Positions 11,567 through 22,490 of a DNA stretch of 64,000 nt are shown here, in pieces. The position numbers and the translations under genes are program-made. Source of the DNA: Piromyces finnis finn (taxonomy: Eukaryota > Fungi > Neocallimastigomycota). Below the pieces are notes generated by a model that worked only from the letters and a program-made list of their open reading frames with translations, was not told where the DNA came from and searched no databases. The DNA lies in NCBI GenBank assembly GCA_002104945.1, contig MCFH01000014.1:124001-188000 (forward strand), in the 5' to 3' direction. Every line of letters starts with the position of its first letter. The stretch's first letter is position 1.

Positions 11567-13037
11567 GGAAAAAAAAAAAGAAAAGAAAATATTCGATTAT
11601 TATTTTTTAATATAAAATATTAAAAATTTTAACTACAATAGGAAGTACTTTTTATTAAAAATAAAATCATTAGAATTTATTATTAATTAATATATCATTC
11701 ATTTAAATTTTAATATATTCTAGCAGAATTCAATAATATATTATTCTATTTATTAGAAATAATATTCAATTTAAATTACCACCAATATTTATCTTTTATT
11801 CTATAATATATTAAAAATTTTTATTATTTTATATGTTTTACCATTATTTTTCATCGTGTGCTTAATAATAATAAATTTACTATTGTAGAATATTAATTTA
11901 TTTAAATAAATTAAATATATATTATTGTGTAACTCTAATATATGGAGACATATAATAACATTTTATATATTTTTTGGAAGATCGAAATAAAATAGACATT
12001 ATTATTATTTTAAGGCGTGGTTTATGAACTCCAAAAAAATAAATATTTATATAATAAAATAAAAAATGAAATAACTAATATTATTATAAAAAAAAAGAGT
12101 ACATGTTAGAAAAAAATATTCTAACTAAAACTTTTATTGTATTCAAATTGATTTAATTTGGCAAAATAATTCATTAATTATTTTTTAATCAATATTAACA
12201 AATACATTGGAAAGAATACAAATTAAAAATTTATTTAATTATATGTATTATATGATTCTATATTATATACTTTTTGTTCAATGTATTATATTATTAATAA
12301 TGCATAATATTGTATGATATGAATTGTTTGAATAATGATTCTCTTACTACTATATAATTTGTTTCTTATATATGTATAAAAAAAAACAAAGACATGATTT
12401 TAAATCTCTATCGAATGTTTAAAATTCTCTATTTTATACTATATAAATATTTTCTTTTTTTTTTTTTTTTATTAAGAACAATTAATGATGAAACTTTTAA
12501 TTAAAACTATATTAATGGCATAATTTGTCATTATTTATAAAAAAGTTTTTAAAAATGAATCATTATTAATAAGAATACTATTATTAAAAAATAACATCAA
12601 TGTATATTATTAGTATTTTTTTTATTGTAATAACAATAAAAAACTATGATAATTATTATTTTCAATTATAAACCAAAAATAATACATTTTATATTTTTGT
12701 AATCATTGTTTCACATCAATATTTTTTATATTAACTTTTTAGTTCATTTTTAATATTAAAAATACATTAAATATAATTTATTTTTAATTTATACTATTAT
12801 TTTTTTCATTATTTTATTTTATTTTCCTTTTTATTTTTAACAAATTGTTCAATTGTTGTAATTTTATTTCATTTTTTTATAAATATTATTAATAATTAAG
12901 ATTTTTATTTGTGTAACTATCTCACATCATTATTCAAACTTTAAATAGTATATTTTTCATTAATTCTCCGTTTAAAGGGTAGAAATAAACCAATGAATTA
13001 AATAATTATTTTCCTTTTAAAAGTCACTTTTTTAAAT

Positions 13038-13526
13038 TTTTTTTTTTTTTTTTTTTTTTTTTTAGACTTCCATATATCCTCATCTAACCCCCCCTGAGTT
13101 ATATATGGTATGTGATTGTACATTATTGTACATTGCCATATCAGAACGACGTCGGCACAATCATCCCTCTGGGCAGGGCTAATATGGAATGGCTTATTGC
13201 TCTTAATGATCCTATCACACAAAGACCGAGCTACCAACACCAGTGATCTCCTGAACCTTTATTGGCGAAGGATGATTAACGATGAGAACAACCCTCAAAG
13301 ACCATAGTTAGTAATCTGTGAATTAATTGATACCCCTTCCTACATATACTCTAAACTTCAGTGGGAAAACCGCTTGATACGGAGAAAACTACCAATCTGA
13401 ATTAACTGCTTAGGGTAGAGTCCGGTGGTATAGTTATACTTACCTGAATTGACCTTTAACCTCTATACTTTAAGCGCAAACCTGAAACAGGAAAATCGCT
13501 AAAGAACTGTCAATGGCGGGGGTCGA
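13038..13526 (-). mobile_element. tRNA-derived SINE-like retroposon, 5'-truncated in the tRNA T-loop
   Basis: 14-bp TSD TCACTTTTTTAAAT at 13024-13037 and 13527-13540. Poly(A) of ~26 nt and a ~460-nt body at ~42% GC (hand count) in very AT-rich flanks. The 5' end TCGACC CCCGC CATTGAC A fits tRNA positions 55-73. No convincing ORF. Confidence 0.85.
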
Positions 13527-15354
13527 TCACTTTTTTAAATATTTTATTATAAATTAAGTTATAAATAAATAAATAAAAAGATTGGTTAGTAATGTATCAG
13601 TTTAGTTTGAAAAAAAAAAAAAGTAAAAAAATGAAAATGTTAGTCATACCATACTCAATTGTTGGAAATATATAATAAAATAATAAAAATAGTATAAAAT
13701 TGGATGACTCAAAAAATGAAACAATTTAATTTATTTTCTGTAATATCATTTTTATAATAAATATATATATAATGTATAAAATATTAATTTAAATGAGAAC
13801 TATAATTTGTAAAAAAAATATATATATATATATATATATATCATATTATATATAAAATATTTATAATTATTATTGTTATTATAGATTATTTGATTCTATT
13901 GCTAAATAAGCGATTAATAATAAAGCAATTATTATTATTTTAGTCTTTATGCCCTATAATCTATTATATATGTAAAATCAATAGTTTATTAAAAGTAATA
14001 TTGTAATCAATTTCTTATAGTTTGATAAAGCAATATTATAATAAAATGTTATTTACTAATTATAAAATGAAAATGCTTTTAATTAAAGATACTTTTTCTT
14101 AATTTCAATTAATTGATTAATTAAACACTACAATAAATAGAGAAATATTAACAAAAAAAAAAAGATAGTTCAAATAAAATTTAAATTTTAATTATTTATA
14201 AATATATATTTTATAATTAAGTTAGGTTATTTAAAATAGAAGAAATGGTATATATCTATTTTCTTAAAAAAAAAAAACATATATATATATTGGGTGTGTA
14301 TGTATTTTTTATTATTATTAAGAAAAAAAATGCATGTGTATTGTATATATGTGTGTATATGTAAATACTATGAAAAAACAAATTTAAATATTTTATATAT
14401 ATATATATTATTTTTTAAAATAAAAGGATTTAAGTATATACATAAAAAAATTAATAATACTCTCTTTTTAGAATTGAATTATTATTTCATATATCAAAAG
14501 TAAATAGATAACATGAAGCTAATGATTTAGCATAAAAATAAAATAAAAATAAAAACTAAAAATATATCTTGAAAGTAATAATAAAATAATATTAATCTTT
14601 TTTTGATGGCTATTTTTGATATATATTATTTATAATTAAATATTATATTTTTTATCATTTAGTAAGGTAAAAAATAAAATAAATTAAAATATATATATAA
14701 CTTATTTTTGACTTTTTTTTTAAAAAAAAAAAAAAAGAATTTTAATTATTATTTTTGGAATAAGAGTTTCCATTTAGGATACATCAATCAGTAAAATTAC
14801 TATTATTTTTAAAGAATTTTAATGAATATTCATCAATTGCAAAGTAAATTTTTATATTAATAAAAATAACATTTATATAAATAGAATAAAAATTATAATT
14901 TTTAGAGTAATATAAAAAAAAAAAATCTTAAAAATATTTTTATTTACAACTTTAATTTTAATGAATAATAAATCCTACTTTTTTTTTTATCCTATTCCTA
15001 TTTAAATAATTTAAATAAGAAATAATAAAAGAAATATAAATTATAATTTTTATTTAAATAAATTATAAAATATATATATTTTATTTATATATTTTTAGGT
15101 ATTTATATTTTATTTTTTTTTTCATATTTGTTGTTTGTGAAAAAAAAAAAAAAGAAAATAATTGAATTTTATTTATATTAAAAATAAAAGAGTATCTTTT
15201 TTTTTTTTTTTTTATTATTTCATTTTATATTGAATAACATTATTTATCTTTTTTTGTAAATAGAATTTCAGGTGTAGAAAAATACTATTTCAATTGATTA
15301 TTTTTTTTTTTTTTTAAAAAAAAAAGATATAATAATATTATTGTGTAATTAAAA

Positions 15355-18234
15355 ATGATTGGGATTCGATTATTTTCAAAAAGGAATATACTCATTTATT
15401 TTACGGTGGTACTTCTCTTTATTATTTTCAATAATTTAGTAGAATTAAAAAATGAAATGCAAAGTTCTACAACTAAAATCATTAGTGAAAAAAGTATAAA
15501 TGATGATGATAAAGTAAGTTTTAGTAATAATATTAAATTAAATTTAAAAAATAATGATATTGTTATTGAAGGAGGAGGAGAAAATGACGATTTAGATGAT
15601 AATGGTAATTACATTAATAAAAGTGAAATCGATATTAATGATGATAATGATGATAATGATGATACTAATAATGAAGAAAATGATAACGATAATAATATAA
15701 ACGATGGAAATAATGAAGATGATAATATTAACCTTGATGGACAAGAGGATAATGAGGATAATGAGGATAATGATACAAATGATGACACTGATAATAATGA
15801 CGATAATACAGACAATGATAACAATGATTATGATATCAATGAAAATGCTAATGCATTAAATATTGATGAAAGTGATATACATAAGGTTAAAGAGGATATT
15901 GATATTATTAGAGAATATACTGGAGGTGAAATTGAACCAGAATGGGAATGGGTAAAAAAAATTTCAATTGTATATACATGGGTTGACGGTTCGGATATTG
16001 ATTTCTTGGATGAAAAATCAAAATATAATGGTGGAGAAAGAAGAGTTAATAGTCGTGATCGTTCAGCTGACGAACTTCGTTATTCCTTACGTTCCTTAGA
16101 AAAATATTTACCATGGCATAAAGGAACCATTTATATTGTCACAAATAATCAAATACCAGCATGGTTAGATATTAGTCATCCTAGAATTAAAATCGTTGAT
16201 CATAAAGAAATTATTCCAAATCACATTTATCCTACATTTGATTCCGGTACAATTGAATTATTTTTTGATAAAATTCCAGGAATTACTGAACGTTTTATTT
16301 ACTTTAACGATGATATTTTCATTAATAATTATATTCATCCAAGTTTCTTCTTTACCAGTGAAACCTTCTATCCAAAGGTTTACCGACGCTATGTTACCAA
16401 TATTTCTAAAAAAAAATTAGATAAAATTATTAGATTAAATAATATTCATGAAATTTTCCAAGCCTCCAAATACTTCACCCTCAATGTCATCAGAAATTAT
16501 TTCGATGAAAATTTCAAATATCGTGATTTATTCCATACTGGACACGTCCTCTATCGTGATTTATACGAACCTTTCCGTCAACTTTTCAAAGAAGAATTAA
16601 TGAAAAATTGTGGTGATCGTTTTAGAAGTCCATACAAAGTTCAAGTGATTTATCTTTATCAAACCTTTATGCAATACGCCACACAACATGAAGATTTCCC
16701 AAAACATTTCGGAGGGAATGGACTTGCCAGTCAATTCAAAGGATATACCCTACCAAAATCTAGAACCATTAAGAACTATTCATGTAAAATTATTCCAGCT
16801 TCCATTGGTGATGAATTAATCAAATTTGGAAAGATCACAGATAATTCCAAAGTCAACAATCGTTATTTCAATCTTTACAGGTCTTATCCAAACAGTTTAA
16901 TTTACAATTTCAATGATGCCTACAGTAAAAATAGAGTTTTATATGAATTTACCCAATATATGATAACCAGATATCCAGATGCTTCTTCTTTTGAAAAGAA
17001 AGAATATGTTGATTTAGAATTACAACTTAAACCAGAATTTGATGAAGTCAACGAATTTTCTAGATACATTCAAAGTGGTATCCCTGAAAATTACAATAAA
17101 TATAATCTTAATAAATTTAGAGAAGTTATTCAACACTACAAAAATGTCTTGATTAGAAATTATATTATTAAAAAAAAAACTCTTTCAGGCGAACCAAAAC
17201 ATATGAGTGATAGAGAAATGGAAGAAATTGAATTCCTTACCAATTATCAAGGTAAAGGTTTAGAAAGAGAATGGCGCTGGGCCGAAAAAATTTCCTTTGT
17301 TTATATTTTAGAAAATGGTGATGAAGAAGAGGATACCAATAAATATGAATTATTAAAATTATCTATTCGTTCCTTAGTCAAATATTTACCATGGCGTAAA
17401 GGAACTATTTACATTGTCTCTCAAAAGGATGTAAATGATAGATTTAAAGATCTCAAAGTTAAAAATCTTCAAATTATTCATCAAAATCAATTCATTCCAG
17501 AAGCCGCTTCAACAACCAATAATAGTCATGTTATTGAAATGTTCTTTGATAAAATACCTGGTATCTCCGAAAGATTTGTCTATCTCAAGAACAATCACTT
17601 CTTTATTAATTACACTCATCCTCGTTTCTTCTTCAGTAAACAATTCTATCCAAAGTATAATTTAATGGCTGCCTTAACCGAAGAAGAAATATTAAATAAT
17701 AGTGATAAACCATTTATTAATACCTATGAAGTAATTAGAGAATACTTTGGTAAAACCTACATTACTAATCTTAGAAAATTCAAGGATGCTCCCTACCCAT
17801 TATATCGTGATTTATTTGAACCAGCTCGTCAACTTTATGCCGAACAAGTTGAAGAAACCATTACTCATTTGAATTATGATAATAATGATTTCCTCCCATT
17901 ATACATGGTTTCCACCTATAACATTTACGGAACAGAACAAGCCTACTATCCAGATTATGTCGTTGGTTATGGAAAAATTAGAAATGCTGAACCACCAACT
18001 CTTAATAGAAAGAGAACCATTGATTATTACGGATTTGATATTACCTCTCCACAAATTTCTTCATATACTCTTCTTTCGGACATTGCCTTCACCAGTATTG
18101 ATAAAGAAAATACTAATATTATGGAAAGAATAAAAAATTCTACCCAATTATTTATGAATATTGGTATGAAAAAGGATGATGAATATGTTACCCTTAAAGA
18201 TATTATTCCACATATTAATACTTTATATAATTAA
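15355..18234 (+). CDS. Stealth-family hexose/pentose-1-phosphate transferase (GNPTAB/XPT1/CpsY-like), type II membrane protein with tandem Stealth domains
   Basis: N-terminal TM segment and an Asp/Asn-rich stem. CR1 ISIVYTWVDGSD, CR2 DELRYSLRSLEKYLPW...IYIVTNNQIPAWL...ERFIYFNDD, CR3 HTGHVLYRD and CR4 FNDAY are present. A second degenerate copy starts at ~17200. Intronless. Confidence 0.9.
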   Translation: MIGIRLFSKRNILIYFTVVLLFIIFNNLVELKNEMQSSTTKIISEKSINDDDKVSFSNNIKLNLKNNDIVIEGGGENDDLDDNGNYINKSEIDINDDNDDNDDTNNEENDNDNNINDGNNEDDNINLDGQEDNEDNEDNDTNDDTDNNDDNTDNDNNDYDINENANALNIDESDIHKVKEDIDIIREYTGGEIEPEWEWVKKISIVYTWVDGSDIDFLDEKSKYNGGERRVNSRDRSADELRYSLRSLEKYLPWHKGTIYIVTNNQIPAWLDISHPRIKIVDHKEIIPNHIYPTFDSGTIELFFDKIPGITERFIYFNDDIFINNYIHPSFFFTSETFYPKVYRRYVTNISKKKLDKIIRLNNIHEIFQASKYFTLNVIRNYFDENFKYRDLFHTGHVLYRDLYEPFRQLFKEELMKNCGDRFRSPYKVQVIYLYQTFMQYATQHEDFPKHFGGNGLASQFKGYTLPKSRTIKNYSCKIIPASIGDELIKFGKITDNSKVNNRYFNLYRSYPNSLIYNFNDAYSKNRVLYEFTQYMITRYPDASSFEKKEYVDLELQLKPEFDEVNEFSRYIQSGIPENYNKYNLNKFREVIQHYKNVLIRNYIIKKKTLSGEPKHMSDREMEEIEFLTNYQGKGLEREWRWAEKISFVYILENGDEEEDTNKYELLKLSIRSLVKYLPWRKGTIYIVSQKDVNDRFKDLKVKNLQIIHQNQFIPEAASTTNNSHVIEMFFDKIPGISERFVYLKNNHFFINYTHPRFFFSKQFYPKYNLMAALTEEEILNNSDKPFINTYEVIREYFGKTYITNLRKFKDAPYPLYRDLFEPARQLYAEQVEETITHLNYDNNDFLPLYMVSTYNIYGTEQAYYPDYVVGYGKIRNAEPPTLNRKRTIDYYGFDITSPQISSYTLLSDIAFTSIDKENTNIMERIKNSTQLFMNIGMKKDDEYVTLKDIIPHINTLYN

Positions 18235-19570
18235 AAAAAAAACATAATATATGCCATATATCAAAAAACTGATTATATTATATATTATATAGTTTTATAA
18301 TTTCAAAGAAAAAAAAAAGTGTATAAATGAAAAAATATTCTATTTATTTTTAAATATTTATTTTAAATTAAAAAAAACCAAATTCAAAATAATGTAAATG
18401 CTTTATGAGAAAAAAAAAATAAAATAAAATAAAATAAAAAAAGAAAACAAATTTTTAAAATAATAAAAAGAAATAATATTATTATATGTGTAAAAAAAAA
18501 ATAAATAAATATAAACTTTTTTGATATAAAACATACAACATTTATTTATTCATTTATTTAAGTTAAATTAGTAAAATGATATATGAAATGTAAATATTTT
18601 TATAGTATTTTTATGGAAAAAATAATAAGAAAAGAAAAAAAAAAAGGCTATAAAAGTTGTTTTATTTTATTATTTATTTGACAGGTCAATATTCCATATT
18701 CAAAATAAAATTAAACTTTTTTTCCCAACCTCAGAATCATAAAAGTTAAAGAATAACTAGACAAGAATAAAAAAAAAAAAATTAAAAAGTTTTAAATATT
18801 TTTTTTTATCTGTAATGAAGGTCTCTTTCTTTCTTTTTTTTTTTTTTTTATTTGTTCCTATCAATTTTTACTTTTTTTCTTTCTTTTTAAATAAAATAAA
18901 TTTTGATAAGAAGAATTTGATAAAATGTATTTTGGTGAAAATCAAACATTAATAATAAGCAAGAAAAAAAAAAACTTTAAAAAACATACTAAATAATAAA
19001 AAATTTCATATTATTACTATTTATAAAATTCCTATTCCATAGTATATAACCACCACCCCACCACATTCTAATAACGCAAGAATAAAAATGATTTAATTGG
19101 ATTGCTCAATGAATTATATAACAAAAAGACTTTTTTTTAAATAATAATTAGAATAATAATAAGTATAAATATATATATGATAATAATAATAATAATAAAT
19201 ATAATTAGAATAATTAGAATGAAAAACTATTCTTTAAATTTAAGAAGTTAATCTTTCTGTATTTTAATAAATATTTAAAAAAAAGATGCAACAAAGAATT
19301 AATTTTTTATATTTATTAAAGGCTACTCGCATATTTAATTAGGTTTAAGGTGAATGATCAAATTTCATATCAACACATTTCACCTTTCGATAGTATAGAT
19401 TATCAATACTAATGATAATTGCCAAATAAAAAAAAAAGTTTTTTGTAACTAAAATTGAATAAAGAAATGAAAGACTTTAGTTACTCTCACCTATCACAAC
19501 GTTATTAAAATTTTTTAAGTATTTTATATAGCTTTAATTCTTACCTGCAACTATTATAAATATTATTAAA

Positions 19571-19653
19571 TAAAAAGATATTATTATAGGTAACACCTTT
19601 TTCTTTGACAACTCTTATAAAAAGATATTATTATAGGTAACACCTTTTTCTTT
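19571..19653. repeat. 47-bp-period tandem duplication
   Basis: TAAAAAGATATTATTATAGGTAACACCTTTTTCTTT at 19571 and 19618. Confidence 0.85.
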
Positions 19654-19870
19654 TAACAGTTTTATTATTTCTATTCTTGGTCTAATCCTTCTTTCTTTCC
19701 TTTTATTAAATTTAAAATTATCTTTTAAATAAATGAATGAATAAGTAAATAAATCATTTTAATTAGTTTTATTAATTAAAATTTTAAATTATTATATATT
19801 TATAGTATAATGAAATATAATGAAAACTTTTTTTTTTCTCAAAAAGTTGACTTTTTCATGAACTTTTTTT

Positions 19871-20012
19871 ATAATACAAAAATGGTATGAGCAAGCTTTT
19901 TGTATTATTATTACTGCCTTCTTTTATAGATACAAATAGCTAACTTTTTGTATCTATAAAAAGAAAAGAACAAACTTTTTTTTTTTTATCAAGTTAGCTA
20001 CTTGTTCTTTTC
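19871..20012. other. Cluster of three hairpins with a perfect loop-loop complement (candidate structured RNA/DNA element)
   Basis: Stems of 12 bp (19871-19882/19897-19908), 15 bp (19922-19936/19947-19961) and 11 bp (19963-19973/20002-20012). The loop TAGCTAACTT (19937-19946) is the exact complement of AAGTTAGCTA (19991-20000). Confidence 0.5.
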
Positions 20013-21081
20013 CTTCTTTTTATTATTATATGACTTTGCTTTACAGCCATTAAAAATGGCGGCGGTTAACCATTTTATTAATTATTTTTAAGGATCATGG
20101 GATAACAACATGACTTATGTTTTATATTATATTTAATATCAACATTAATTTATGAATGTTAATAAATTAAAGGTGATCCATCCAACTCATCATTAGACTT
20201 TTATTAAAATGAATATAATTTAATATATTATTATATTAGGGTTCTATTTAAATAGATATATTATTATATATTATTAATATATGATAATATAGGTTAATGA
20301 TAAAGAATCTTTTTTTGATAGAATTTGATAGATATATTTATATATATTTCAATATAATCCAATTGAAATATATTTTATTATCATTGTGTATAATATTTAA
20401 TATCTAATATATATAATGAATAAATTATTATATATTATTTATATATTATAATTATAATTTTAAAAATTATTAAAGTTATAATTATTGGCTCATATGACAT
20501 TACGATATATTCACAATATATTAATAATCGACTTGATCCTATATTAATATACTATTTTATGATAAAATAATTTTGAAATAAAATATGGAAAAGGTTAAGA
20601 TTAAAAATTTCTAGTCCATTCATTTAAATTTATTATATTGTAAATTATATTATCTATATAAATTAATATATTAATCCATTATATTATTGTGAATTTACAA
20701 TTTAATTGTGTGAATCTAATAAATTTTTATAAATAGAAAAAGTCATAAAAAAATTGTTTATATTTAATTAAACTCTATTCTTGATAATATATATTAATTA
20801 TTTCATTTTTAATTTTAATATAAATACCAAAAAATTCCTTTTATTTTTCTGTAATAAAACTATTTAGTTTAAAACTTAACCTAAATTCTAGCAGAATTTT
20901 TATTTTTTTTACCAGTGTAATTGAAACTTTTTTATACTTTACCAAATTATAAAAAAAAAGCAAACTTAATATTATCAAAGCAAAATTAAAACAAAAAACT
21001 ATTTAAAAAATTATATGTTTATTATTTTAATTTAGTATTAAATATAAAAAAAAAAACTAAAAAAAAACTTTTTAAAATCGA

Positions 21082-21866
21082 ATGTTAAAAAAGAAAGAAA
21101 AATTTGACAATATGATAAATCCAAACATAAATCTTAATTCTGAAAATAATAATCCAATGAATGACATGTCCATTATGGCATTTTTAGATGAAGTAGAGGA
21201 ACCTTACTATGAAAATTATGAAGACCCTCTTGCTTTATGCACTATTTACTCTAAAATGGGTAAAACTGTCAATTATTATTACACTAGCGGTACCAAAACC
21301 GGTAAATATTAAACTTATATTGTATATACAAACATTTATTGAACATTCATTATATGTCAAGAAATAAGTAAAAACTAAATAAATATTTTATTCCTTTTTT
21401 TTATATATCTTTTTTTTTTTTAAAAAAAAAAAAATAGGGTGGTATTCCTGACTCTGCTAAATTAAATAATGTGTTACGAGCGGCGTTGATGGAGGGTTGT
21501 GAAAGATTTCATGACGAAGTTATTAGCAGCAATGATGACGATCCGAATGTTTTATATGTCTCATTGGTATCTAGACGACTAGATAATCATGGTATAAATA
21601 CGTTCTATTCATTTATAAAGAATTCAACATTATACATTGAAATGCCAAGTGAATGTAACTGGGATTTCCAAGAAAGTATGACTTCGTTATTGGATCTTGC
21701 AGAAGAAATCTTTGGTTGTGAAAAGATTGTTATATTTATGAGGAAGAATAAAAAAGATTTACAAGTACTTATTCGTTCATTTGTGTATATTGGATTTGAA
21801 GTTGTAAATCCTACAATCTACTTGAAAAAGGATGTAGATTATTTCGTTTTAGGATACGAATTATAA
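21082..21866 (+). CDS. OAZ1: Ornithine decarboxylase antizyme (exon 1 21082-21301, exon 2 21438-21866; +1 frameshift at TCC-TGA)
   Basis: Removing intron 21302-21437 gives ...KTG-W-Y-S-stop (TGG TAT TCC TGA). The +1 frame continues DSAKLNNVLRAALMEG...ESMTSLLDLAEEIFGCEKIVIFMRKN...LIRSFVYIGFEVV...YFVLGYEL, a typical antizyme C-terminal domain. Confidence 0.95.
21440..21452 (+). promoter_or_regulatory. Programmed +1 ribosomal frameshift site UGG-UAU-UCC-UGA-C
   Basis: Matches the antizyme UCC-UGA shift site (TCC 21446-21448, TGA 21449-21451). Confidence 0.93.
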
Positions 21867-22441
21867 AAAAAAAAACAGTTTATTTTTATAATAATTAAAT
21901 CCTATTAAAAAAAGTAATACTATTGAATATTGAATATTCTATGTATTGTGATTTATGATAAAATAAAATCTATCACGTTTAATTTTTAAATTTATAATAT
22001 TAACAAATTAACAGTAATAACAGTAATATCAATAATATCAATAATTAAATATTAATAAACAAACTATTAAAAATTTAAAGTAATAAAAAGCATGAAATGT
22101 AAATCATTTGTTTACTTTTTTTTTTTAAAAAAAAAAAAAGAATGTTATTTTATGGTAAAAAAAAAAAAACTTTAAAGTTTTATATTTAAAAAAAAAATAT
22201 GTTTTGGAGATGAAGTGGGAAAAGTTTTAAAATAAATGCCTAAAAAAATCAATACATATTCCAAGGACGTCACTTGAAAGAATATATTAGTTTTAACATA
22301 AAATGATATAGGTATTTTTTGTAATTTAAAAGAAGTGGCCATGATTCTTACCAAAATATAATGATGATATTTGACTATACGTTAGAGATCGTATCTTGAC
22401 AAGAAACAAAATTATAAAATTATTTGATCCTCTATGGTGGC

Positions 22442-22444
<3 letters not shown>

Positions 22445-22490
<46 letters not shown>

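Noticed and set aside
12998-13307. Short ORFs within the SINE-like insert
   Set aside because: No recognisable motif, and one runs through the poly(A). Likely incidental to the higher GC content.
13436-13446. U1 snRNA gene (ATACTTACCTG on the + strand)
   Set aside because: The downstream sequence lacks U1 stem-loop I/II motifs and an Sm site. It is better read as a 5' splice site on the minus strand.
20236-20243. Telomerase RNA template (AACCCTAA on the minus strand, upstream of the kissing-loop element)
   Set aside because: Only 8 nt, and similar short matches occur elsewhere in the window. No Sm site or boundary element is seen, and the telomere repeat is assumed. Too weak to call.
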